DNA of 54,895 nucleotides from an uncultured Anaerolineales bacterium (GTDB lineage Bacteria; Chloroflexota; Anaerolineae; B4-G1), in NCBI GenBank assembly GCA_964568065.1, contig CAZMOT010000004.1, positions 1 through 54,895 of the forward strand. The letters run 5' to 3'. Below are positions 8,947 through 16,943 of this stretch, piece by piece. The position numbers and the translations under genes are program-made. Below the pieces are notes generated by a model. It had not been told where the DNA came from. It made no database searches and worked only from the letters and a program-made list of their open reading frames with translations. How positions within the stretch are numbered: position 1 is the first letter of the stretch; every line of letters begins with the position of its first letter.

Positions 8947-10017
8947 ATGCAGACCAAGATTTTGACTTGCGTGATGGTGGCTTTGCTGGTCGGTTGTGGG
9001 CGCGTCAATCCCACAACTGAGGTCTCTATTTCCTTTGCCTGGTCCTGCCGTGCGGGCGACTATGTCAGAGGAACACCAACAGTGAGCGATAAAGTCGTAT
9101 ACGTGGGGGCCGACGACAATACCCTGCACGCTGTAAATGCCGATACAGGAGAATCCATCTGGCATTATGAAACGAGCGACAACATTACCTCATCGCCGGT
9201 TGTTCTTGAGAGCACGGTCTATTTCGGTTCCTGGGACGCCGCTGTCTACGCGCTGGACGAGGCGCAGGGCGAGATGCGCTGGAGATACGAGACGGGTGGA
9301 TGGGTGACTGGTTCCCCGGTGATTAGTGATGGCGTCCTCTACGTCGGTTCCCACGATCGCTCCTTCTACGCGCTGACGGCCGAGGGCGGCGATATGGTAT
9401 GGCGATACGAGACTGACGGTCGGATCGAGGGGGGCGCATCCCTGGCCGGAGACCTAGCTTTCGTCGGTTCGAGCGACAATTATCTGTACGCCCTGGACGT
9501 CACGAGCGGAGAACTCCGATGGCGTCACCGGACAGGGGGGGACATTTTGGCCACCCCGGCCATCGTCGCCGGGGCTGTCTACGTGGGCTCCGTTGATCGC
9601 AAGCTCTATGCGTTGGACGCTGCCACCGGCCAGTTGCTTTGGACCTTTGAGACGGAATACGGGATTGAGTCATCGCCGGTCGTCACCGACGGGTTGGTAT
9701 ACGTGGGCGCAAACGACGGCCGGCTGTACGCGCTGCGTGCCCAGGACGGCAGCCTCGTCTGGCAATACCAGGCCAAGGACATCATCCGGTCCACGCCAGC
9801 AGTGTGGGGAGACCTGGTCTTTGTGGGCTCCGACGATGGCTATCTCTATGGCCTGGACCGCGAGACAGGAGCCCTGGTGTGGAGCTACCGCACCGGAGGC
9901 GCTATCGCGGCAGGTCCTACTGTGGCCGATGGGAGGCTTTTCGTCGGCTCCACCGACCGGCGACTGCATGCCTTTAGTCTGGAAATGGAGTCGAAAAGCG
10001 GAGTAGGAGGCTCGTGA
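8947..10017 (+). CDS. PQQ-type beta-propeller lipoprotein (BamB/AfsK-like repeats)
   Basis: Lipobox LVGC; eight SSP...VYVGS.D..LYALD...G...W repeats. Confidence 0.92.
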   Translation: MQTKILTCVMVALLVGCGRVNPTTEVSISFAWSCRAGDYVRGTPTVSDKVVYVGADDNTLHAVNADTGESIWHYETSDNITSSPVVLESTVYFGSWDAAVYALDEAQGEMRWRYETGGWVTGSPVISDGVLYVGSHDRSFYALTAEGGDMVWRYETDGRIEGGASLAGDLAFVGSSDNYLYALDVTSGELRWRHRTGGDILATPAIVAGAVYVGSVDRKLYALDAATGQLLWTFETEYGIESSPVVTDGLVYVGANDGRLYALRAQDGSLVWQYQAKDIIRSTPAVWGDLVFVGSDDGYLYGLDRETGALVWSYRTGGAIAAGPTVADGRLFVGSTDRRLHAFSLEMESKSGVGGS

Positions 10018-11903
10018 TGGAACAGGAGGAGGAAAAAGGGTTGAATCGGCGATCGGGCTCCAACCGTTTGGCGCTGGTTGTCATCCTCGTGGGTCTGCTC
10101 GCAGGACTGGTGCTCATAGCAACCTTCAGGGACTACCTGCGCTCGCCTCAGGCCCTCTACCGCGAGGCCCAGGGCGCGAGGCCAGAGCGGGCGGTTGTGC
10201 TATATGAGCGGCTGGCCGAGAAGCTGCCGCAGATAGAGGAGTATGCCCGGCTGTGGGCGGCCGAGGTCGCCATGCCAGACCTGGAAGCGCTGCGCACACT
10301 GCAGGCTGTCGTCGCTTTCCGGCCTCAGAGTCCGGCCGCCCTCCAGGCGCACATCGCGATAGCGCGTCACTACGCGAGCGTCGAGGCGCCAGAGGCGGAA
10401 GACGAGTATCGAGCGGCCTTGGCTCTGCACGACACGACCGTGACGGGCGTCGCCTTGCGCCTGGAACTGGCGCGCTACCTGGAGGAGCAAGGAGACGACG
10501 AGGGAGCCTACGCCGAGTACCTCCATATCCTCGGCGAGCGACCGGATGCTTTCACCGGGATGCGTCGCACCGGGCATGATCCGCTGGCCGTAGCCGAGGA
10601 CCTGAACGCCGCCACTTGGTACAGTGATGCCCTGGAGACGCTGCAAGGGATTGATGATCCCGAAGCACTTCCCCTGCGTGCACAGGCACTGGCCGGACTG
10701 GCCCGCTATGAGGAGGCAGAGGCGACCTATCAGGCCTGGCTGGAGGAGATGCCCGATGATGGGGCGGCTCAGTTTGGTATGGCCCGGGTCCTTGTGCGCC
10801 TTGGCCGTCCCGACGAGGCGCTATCTCTCTACCGGACGATTGATACGCTGGATAGCCAACTGGCCCAGGCTGAGTTGCTGGAAGAGAAAGAGCCTGACAA
10901 AGCCCTGGCGCTCTATCTGGACTCCCCCTACCCGGTGGCCTGGTGGTCCGCGACCACGATGCTGGATGAGCAAGGGCGGCTGACGGAGACGTTGCCCATC
11001 TATGCCCGCCTGGGGAGAACACACACCTATCTCGCCGACGACGCTGCATACCGGTTCTACGTCCTCGCCCAGAGAATAGGGAATGAAGAGGCCCAGGCTG
11101 AGGGTGAGGCACTGCTGGACAGGTTTGGTCTGAATTGGCTGGCGCTGCGGGCCACCGCGGATGAGCTCAGGCTGAACACAGCGCCACCGTTGGCCACCGC
11201 AGGTGACGACATTCTGGACAAGGCCAGGGCCCTGGAGTTGATTGGGCGCGAGGACCTGGCACATCAGGAATTCGTGTTGGCCGCTCGATTTCGGCGTGCG
11301 CCGGAGGTGGACCTGGCGATGGCGGAACCATTGGCCTCGAGGGGCTATGTGGTCGAGGCTCAGGCCATCGCCGAGGCGTATATAAAAGATCACCCGCGAG
11401 CCCCTCTGGCCTTCTGGCAGTTGAGCTATCCGAGGCCCTATTCGGCCACAGTGGAAGCAGCGGCGGCAGAGTTCGACGTAGACCCGCAGCTCTTATGGGC
11501 CATCATGCGCCAGGAGAGCCGGTATGATCCGGAGGCTTTCGGCTACGCTGGAGAACGGGGCTTGATGCAGGTCATACCATCAACCCAGGACTGGATCGCC
11601 GAGCAGTTGGGGGAGGACATCTCGCCCGGAGCTGCCTTCACTCCGGAGGCCAACGTTCGCCTGGCGGCATGGTTCTTGCGCTTCCTGCTCGACTACTACG
11701 ATGGCGACCTGGAGCTGGCTGTTCTTGCCTATAATGGCGGCGCCGGCAGCGTGGATACCTGGCAAGCGAATCCCCTGGTCTCAAACCGAGACGACCTGCT
11801 GCGTTGGATTGGGTTTGGGTCAACACGGGAGTATCTGGAGCGAGTGTCTTTAGACTACCGAATTTATCAAGAATTATACGCCAGTGGCAGCAATAGGGAA
11901 TAA
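10014..11903 (+). CDS. Membrane-anchored TPR-containing lytic transglycosylase (Slt-like)
   Basis: N-terminal TM; SLT motifs AIMRQESRY, GLMQVIPST, AYNGG, TREYLERV; start overlaps the upstream stop. Confidence 0.92.
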   Translation: MMEQEEEKGLNRRSGSNRLALVVILVGLLAGLVLIATFRDYLRSPQALYREAQGARPERAVVLYERLAEKLPQIEEYARLWAAEVAMPDLEALRTLQAVVAFRPQSPAALQAHIAIARHYASVEAPEAEDEYRAALALHDTTVTGVALRLELARYLEEQGDDEGAYAEYLHILGERPDAFTGMRRTGHDPLAVAEDLNAATWYSDALETLQGIDDPEALPLRAQALAGLARYEEAEATYQAWLEEMPDDGAAQFGMARVLVRLGRPDEALSLYRTIDTLDSQLAQAELLEEKEPDKALALYLDSPYPVAWWSATTMLDEQGRLTETLPIYARLGRTHTYLADDAAYRFYVLAQRIGNEEAQAEGEALLDRFGLNWLALRATADELRLNTAPPLATAGDDILDKARALELIGREDLAHQEFVLAARFRRAPEVDLAMAEPLASRGYVVEAQAIAEAYIKDHPRAPLAFWQLSYPRPYSATVEAAAAEFDVDPQLLWAIMRQESRYDPEAFGYAGERGLMQVIPSTQDWIAEQLGEDISPGAAFTPEANVRLAAWFLRFLLDYYDGDLELAVLAYNGGAGSVDTWQANPLVSNRDDLLRWIGFGSTREYLERVSLDYRIYQELYASGSNRE

Positions 11904-12051
11904 GCGAAGTAGAGTGCAGCCCTCTTCTGGGATGACTCGCAGAGGTATCTCCGCCAACACTTTCTCCAAGACGTTGTCCAGCGTGTCAGCGAGTGTGTCA
12001 TCGGTTTGCTGTTTTATCTGAGATGGTATAATCATTGTGAACTCTCCCGTG

Positions 12052-12298
12052 CTAGTACCCTACCACAAAGTTTTGATAAGTTGAAGCCTATATTGTGCGA
12101 GCCGAGGCACTGATTCCTTTGAGTGAGATTTTGACGAAAAACCGCTGAAAACCGCCAAAAAGTTCACAAAGAAGCGTCCAAATTTACTAAAACTGCTAAT
12201 TTTGTAAGTTTAAGAGCCAAATCTCATCCAGCGTTAAACTCAACAAAACCAGCGCGCAAACCAGTTTACATATCAAAACTTTCGTGGCCAAGTACTAG
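12052..12298. mobile_element. MITE-like non-coding element bounded by CTAG and about 27-bp imperfect inverted repeats
   Basis: CTAGTACCCTACCACAAAGTTTTGATA versus reverse complement CTAGTACTTGGCCACGAAAGTTTTGATA; AT-rich interior with no long ORF. Confidence 0.8.
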
Positions 12299-12465
12299 TT
12301 GGTTTGTGATTAGTATCATACCAGCACAGTGAGAATTTGTCTTGTTTCAGTTGTCAAGGTTCAATCTTCGCACCCCAGGAAATATCTCGCTCCGGGTTGC
12401 GCAACCGTTACGCTAGCCCAGGTCACGGTCTGCGAAGACCGATCGGAACTGCGTTGAGCGCGATT

Positions 12466-12984
12466 TCATCTGCCTGGCCGAAAGGTATCCAGGATGCTGC
12501 GCGGCGGGAAAGTAATCGCCCTGGGCTTGCAGATGTCAGCACATGAAGTGCACCCCACCACGCATTTGAACGGTTCCACAACTTCGACCTCATCATCGGG
12601 GGTGGAGATCAGAACGCCATTCTTGCACAGCCGGAGACACACACCGCACCCGTCGCACAGTTCCGCCGCGACGGTGGGGAACCAGGGGATGTGCTCACGC
12701 GGATGCCCGCACCACGTCCCGTAGTTGACCGGCTGGGGCTTCTTGCCCTCTGCCCGCTGGTCAACATACTTGCGGTATTCGCGCAGCAGCGCCTGGGCGA
12801 AGTCATCCACCGCTGGCTTAGGAATGTAGTTGTGCGCCTGGGCGCGCTCGACCAATTTCATCCCCAGGCCCGCTTCGCCCGGCCGATGCCCCTGCTCATA
12901 CATCTCGTCGAACAACTCATCCAGTCCTTGCATCCTGGCCGGCAACCGCCCCGCCAGAATCTGACGAGAACTCAATTTCGCCAT
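12466..12984 (-). CDS. 4Fe-4S dicluster ferredoxin with N-terminal helical extension
   Basis: CDGCGVCLRLC and CVVGCTSCADIC; N-terminal GLDELF...NYIP...ALLREY; start set at ATG 12984 behind GAGGT. Confidence 0.85.
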   Translation of the reverse strand: MAKLSSRQILAGRLPARMQGLDELFDEMYEQGHRPGEAGLGMKLVERAQAHNYIPKPAVDDFAQALLREYRKYVDQRAEGKKPQPVNYGTWCGHPREHIPWFPTVAAELCDGCGVCLRLCKNGVLISTPDDEVEVVEPFKCVVGCTSCADICKPRAITFPPRSILDTFRPGR

Positions 12985-13036
12985 ACTTACCTCATTTGCG
13001 CGATCTTCCCACCGGGAAGATGCAATCCTCCGCTCA

Positions 13037-13300
13037 TCAGTCACCCTCGAAGTAGTAGAGCGATGGGATTTGCTCGAAGGCAGTACGGAACGCCGGCTTG
13101 AGCCGATCGTAGGCCCAGACGGCCTCCACGTCTCGCAGTTGTGGGCCGCCCAGCAAGTGTTTCACCAATCGGAGGGCATTGACGCCGCCGCCCACGTCCT
13201 CGCCTTGGCGCATCAGCGCGCCGACGGCATCCTCGATAAAGGCTGGCGTCAATCGGCGCTGAAGCTCTTCAATCTGCTGCCCCAACTCTTTGTATGCCAC
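13037..13300 (-). CDS. Small hypothetical protein of the ArsR operon
   Basis: GGAGG RBS before GTG 13300; protein-like composition; fills the operon gap. Confidence 0.65.
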   Translation of the reverse strand: MAYKELGQQIEELQRRLTPAFIEDAVGALMRQGEDVGGGVNALRLVKHLLGGPQLRDVEAVWAYDRLKPAFRTAFEQIPSLYYFEGD

Positions 13301-13325
13301 AGGCCTCACCTCCCTTACCTTACTC

Positions 13326-13627
13326 CTACCCATCTCCCCACGGCTCAGCGAAAACCAGCCAGAACCGCCCATAGCCGTCAATGTAGAAGGGCATCTGCTG
13401 TACCCCGGTTTCCAGTTTCTCCAGGAATTCCCGCGCCACGTAGATGGTCAGGTCACCGGCCTCGAAGCATATGAACCTTCGGGATTGTCGGGTGCGCCCA
13501 TCCGAGCGGACGGGCCATCGAAGAAGGCTCATCAGCCACGGCAAACCATCCGCCAGACGACGTTCAACACGCCGCCCCGCTTGCGGACAAACTCTCGGAC
13601 CCACCGTGAGGATAGTTCCGCTTTCAC
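13326..13627 (-). CDS. Candidate selenoprotein with tandem UGA-UGA (C-R-G-U-U), CC/Se-motif/HesB-like; apparent one-base frameshift near 13477
   Basis: GAGG RBS, GTG, MKAELSSRWVREFVRKRGGVLNVVWRMVCRG-TGA-TGA-AFFDGPSARMGAPDNPE; continues FICFEAGDLTIYVAREFL...FYIDGYGRFWL in the adjacent frame; SECIS-like hairpin at 13496-13515. Confidence 0.65.
13496..13515 (-). promoter_or_regulatory. Candidate bacterial SECIS hairpin
   Basis: GCCCGUCC-GCUC-GGAUGGGC; 8-bp stem with one G-U pair, G first in the loop, loop begins 21 nt after the second UGA. Confidence 0.55.
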
Positions 13628-13690
13628 TATAGCCTCTACCAAGAGCCTCTCGAACCTTATCACCGGCTGAACAGCAAAAAAGGCCTGTAG

Positions 13691-13957
13691 TTATGCCAAT
13701 CCCGCCTCGCGCAACGCGCCTACCAGGCTCTCCTTGCTCGGCGCCAGCCCCACAAACTTGACCAGGTCGCCAACGACCAGCGCCGGGGCGTTGCTGATAG
13801 CGTATTCCTCCCACTCCCTGTCGCCGGGGCCGGTGTGGAAGACGATCTCGATCTGGTCGCCAAACTCGGCCTCGATCTCCTTCAGCAATCGCTTGACCGC
13901 CACGCCGCCGGAGCAGGGCGGCACCGACACGAATGCCTCGATTCTCACTTTAGACAT
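13691..13957 (-). CDS. Small thioredoxin-fold protein, monothiol variant (PPCSGG)
   Basis: IEAFVSVPPCSGG...APALVVG...G.APSKE. Confidence 0.8.
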   Translation of the reverse strand: MSKVRIEAFVSVPPCSGGVAVKRLLKEIEAEFGDQIEIVFHTGPGDREWEEYAISNAPALVVGDLVKFVGLAPSKESLVGALREAGLA

Positions 13958-14214
13958 AGCCCACCCTCCCGCAATGCGTTATTGAGCGTCGCTTCGCTGG
14001 GGCACATCCCCTCGATGCGAATCGAGCCGTTGACCACGACTGCCGGAACGCAGAAGAGCTGGTACTCTTCGAACTTTTCCATCCCCTCCTCACCAACGTA
14101 GACAGCGAGTTCCATCTCGTCCTCGTATTTGGGCACGATCCGCTGCGCCAGTTCAACGAGCGCAACACAGCCCGGACAGGGCGGATTGCCGCTAAAGACC
14201 TCCAGTTTTACCAT
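13945..14214 (-). CDS. Small thioredoxin-fold protein (PPCPGC)
   Basis: GGAGG RBS, MVKLEVFSGNPPCPGC...CVPAVVVNG...GMCPS. Confidence 0.87.
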   Translation of the reverse strand: MVKLEVFSGNPPCPGCVALVELAQRIVPKYEDEMELAVYVGEEGMEKFEEYQLFCVPAVVVNGSIRIEGMCPSEATLNNALREGGLCLK

Positions 14215-14216
14215 AT

Positions 14217-14474
14217 TTAGCCTCCTAGTTTTTGTCTGATGATAGATACCAGTTTCTCTGCCGGCACGACCTTGCCCGTGCCGACCACCTCCTCGCCGAC
14301 GACGACCAATGGCGTGGTCATCAAGCCGTATACTTCGGCCTCTGGGCCTAGCGCGTCGAGCTTGACCACCTCCACCTGGCCGGGGAACCGCTCCACTGCT
14401 TTCTGCGCCTGTGCCTCGGCACGCTTGCAGTTGGCGCACGGCGGCGTGGTGCCAAAGACTTTGATCTGAATCAT
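14217..14474 (-). CDS. Small thioredoxin-fold protein (PPCANC)
   Basis: IKVFGTTPPCANC...YGLMTTPLVVV...GKV. Confidence 0.88.
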   Translation of the reverse strand: MIQIKVFGTTPPCANCKRAEAQAQKAVERFPGQVEVVKLDALGPEAEVYGLMTTPLVVVGEEVVGTGKVVPAEKLVSIIRQKLGG

Positions 14475-14486
14475 GGGCTTTGCCTC

Positions 14487-14747
14487 CTACAAACCTTGCG
14501 TTGCTGCACCTCGTGCAGCCCGAATCCACTCCGCGATCTCCTCCTTGCGCGGCAGGCGACCCGATGACCTGACCTCTTCGTTGATCACCAACGCTGGCGT
14601 GCTGGCGATATCATAAGCTATAATCTCGCTCATCTCTTCGACCTTGGTGAACGTCGCTTCGACACCTAGTTCACCAGCCGCTTCACGGGCCAACTCTTCC
14701 AATCGCTTACACTTGGGGCATCCAATACCCAGAATCTTGATTTCCAT
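14487..14747 (-). CDS. MTH895-type small redox-active disulfide protein (CPKC)
   Basis: MEIKILGIGCPKC...STPALVINEEV..SGRLP; GGAGG RBS. Confidence 0.92.
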   Translation of the reverse strand: MEIKILGIGCPKCKRLEELAREAAGELGVEATFTKVEEMSEIIAYDIASTPALVINEEVRSSGRLPRKEEIAEWIRAARGAATQGL

Positions 14748-14781
14748 AGGAAACCTCCTATCAGCAATAGCGAATAGCGGA

Positions 14782-16140
14782 TCAGCGTATGAACCAGCCA
14801 AAGATCAGCCCTGCAAGAGTGCTGAAGATCGTCACTAGAATTACGTATACCGCCGTCTTCTTTTTGCCGATCACCGAATTGGTGATGAGGATGGATTGCA
14901 AACTCAACTCTGGATCGGCCAGCAGGTAGGCCAGCAGTGGCCCACGGTGCATGCCTAACGAAAGGAACGTCTGGGCAATTGGCACCTCGACCAAGGTGGG
15001 GAAGTACATGAAGACGCCGAACAACACGCCGACCAGGTTGGCCCACACGGTATTGCGCCCGGCGATAGCCTCGATCCACGTCGCGGGGATGATCGCCCGC
15101 GCCATCCCGGCCAGGAATACACCTACCAGAAGCAAAGGGATAATCTGTTTGACGAAGCGCCACATCTCCCATAGCCAGTCCTGGACGTCGTAGGCGTCGA
15201 ACTTTTTGGCGGCCATCCACCACACAGCGGTGATGAGCACGATCTCCGCGATCAGCTTGCCTGTGACGCCCACGCTCAGGCCACCGGCGACCACCACGAC
15301 CTTGAAAGAAGCTACGATCAACGTCGCCGTGACCAGCCCCAGCGCCACGTAGGTCCAGGTGTTGAACCCTTCGTCCACTTTGTTCAGCCCCAGCCAGGCG
15401 GTGACGGCAATGAGGATCAGCAGGCCGATCAGGAACACGCCGTGGACGCTGACGCCCTCGATGCCAAGAGCAGCATTCGGCGGCACTACGCCGTCCAGCC
15501 AGTCCTGAAAAGTGCTGGCCCACGAGCCGGGAAGCGCGAACGTGGCATAGCTGTTCGTCAGCACGTTCACCTGTAATGTGCCCGCGAGCAGCACGCCCAG
15601 GAGCAGCGCGAAGAAGAGCCACGTTTCCCCAGATACTCTCGCACCTTGCGCGAAGGCCTGGCCGCCATTGGTGGCCTTGTTATGTGCCTCGTCATCCTGG
15701 CGGAAAAACCAGGCCATCAGCAGGCCGATGCCGATGCCAAAGATGATCGAGAGAATGATCCGCGCCAGCGCGATGTCCATCCCGATCTGCACGCCGGTGA
15801 ACGAGATCGCCAGAATGTTGACCGCCGGTCCGACGAACAGAAATGTGATCGCTGGCCCCAACCCCGCCCCCTTCTTGTAGATGCTGGCAAAGAGCGGCAT
15901 GATGGTACACGAGCAGACCGCGAGCACGAACCCGCCCAGCGCCGACGCCGGGTAGGAAATCCACCTGGGCGCGTCCCGGCCCAGGTATTTCGTGATGGCC
16001 TCCTTGGGTATCAGCGCGGCCAACGCGCCAGCGATGAAAAAGGCAGGCAGCAGGCACAGCAGGACGTGAGCGGCCAGGTAAGCCGCCAGACTGCCCAGAC
16101 CGGTTTGTAGCAATGTTGCCAGGTATTGTAGAATGCTCAA
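14782..16140 (-). CDS. ArsP/DUF318-family permease
   Basis: HVLLCLLPAFFIAG, LAVCSCTIMPLF, GAGLGPAITFL..GPAVN, MYFPTLVEVP; many TM segments. Confidence 0.92.
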   Translation of the reverse strand: MSILQYLATLLQTGLGSLAAYLAAHVLLCLLPAFFIAGALAALIPKEAITKYLGRDAPRWISYPASALGGFVLAVCSCTIMPLFASIYKKGAGLGPAITFLFVGPAVNILAISFTGVQIGMDIALARIILSIIFGIGIGLLMAWFFRQDDEAHNKATNGGQAFAQGARVSGETWLFFALLLGVLLAGTLQVNVLTNSYATFALPGSWASTFQDWLDGVVPPNAALGIEGVSVHGVFLIGLLILIAVTAWLGLNKVDEGFNTWTYVALGLVTATLIVASFKVVVVAGGLSVGVTGKLIAEIVLITAVWWMAAKKFDAYDVQDWLWEMWRFVKQIIPLLLVGVFLAGMARAIIPATWIEAIAGRNTVWANLVGVLFGVFMYFPTLVEVPIAQTFLSLGMHRGPLLAYLLADPELSLQSILITNSVIGKKKTAVYVILVTIFSTLAGLIFGWFIR

Positions 16141-16160
16141 CTTACACCTCCGTTGTCTTT

Positions 16161-16180
16161 ATATGCGATTCTCTGCATAT
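16161..16180. promoter_or_regulatory. Probable ArsR operator, copy ahead of the permease
   Basis: ATATGC-N8-GCATAT, same arms as at 16675-16694. Confidence 0.7.
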
Positions 16181-16277
16181 TTGCGCGCCCAAAAGAAGGC
16201 CGCAGCAATGGCTGCCACGGCCAGTTTTCATTTACACGAGCCAGAATCCTGCACCGATAGACACGCGACGGGCGAAG

Positions 16278-16625
16278 CTACTCACACGACACCTCAGAAT
16301 TACAGCCAGCGCACCGGGGGCACGGGCAGCCCGGTGGGTGTGTTCTCTCACCGGCTGGCCCCAGAACGGTCTCCAGCAACTGCGTGATCTGTGGATCGTT
16401 CAACCGGTAGTAGACAAGCTGACCATCTTTGCGATCCACGACCACCCCGGCCTCCCGCAGCACTCGCAACTGCTGAGAGACGTAGGCCTGGGGCCGCCCC
16501 AGCACTGCCTGGAGGTGACACACACATGCCTCGTCGCGCCGCAGTTCGTCCAGGATGCACAGCCGCGCCAGGTGAGATAGAATCTTGAATAGTCGGACCA
16601 CTTGCCGATACGCGTCTTCCTTCAT
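16278..16625 (-). CDS. arsR: ArsR/SmtB-family repressor with Cys-rich tail
   Basis: FKILSH..RL.IL..L...EACVCHL...QAYVSQQLRVLR.AG.V..RKDG..VYY; C-terminal CPCPRC. Confidence 0.93.
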   Translation of the reverse strand: MKEDAYRQVVRLFKILSHLARLCILDELRRDEACVCHLQAVLGRPQAYVSQQLRVLREAGVVVDRKDGQLVYYRLNDPQITQLLETVLGPAGERTHPPGCPCPRCAGCNSEVSCE

Positions 16626-16658
16626 TTCACCATCGGATGTTTGTTATCCGCCTTCACT

Positions 16659-16721
16659 ATATGCAGTGCAACATATATGCAATGTACCGCATATTATACA
16701 TTAGAAAGCCACTCTTGTCAA
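16659..16721 (-). promoter_or_regulatory. Consensus sigma-70 promoter with overlapping ArsR operator(s)
   Basis: TTGACA (16721-16716), 17 nt, TATAAT (16698-16693); ATATGC-N8-GCATAT 16675-16694 and an imperfect copy 16659-16678. Confidence 0.85.
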
Positions 16722-16769
16722 GCTGGCAAGGCCAGGTCGCGTCGGATGCTGTTTATCCGCGCGAATGCA

Positions 16770-16910
16770 GGGCAAGGTGGTGACGATGGTGGGAGCGGAC
16801 TGCGGGAGGTCGGCTTCCGGTTGGGGGAGACGCTGATTCTTTCGACGTTGTGCTTTGTCGTCGGGGTGGTCGTTTTCCAACGGCTGCAGATGCGAGGTAA
16901 GGAAAGCTGA
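16770..16910 (+). pseudogene. Possible 3' remnant of an ABC-2 permease gene
   Basis: GSGLREVGF...LILSTLCFVVGVVVFQRLQMR resembles a final ABC-2 TM helix; no plausible start. Confidence 0.35.
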
Positions 16911-16943
16911 GTGGCTCTGACGAGTATGACCCCTAGTGGTAGA

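Noticed and set aside
13326-13814. Track ORF of 162 aa as given
   Set aside because: Its 5' part overlaps a thioredoxin gene out of frame; only the last roughly 50 codons look real and belong to the candidate selenoprotein
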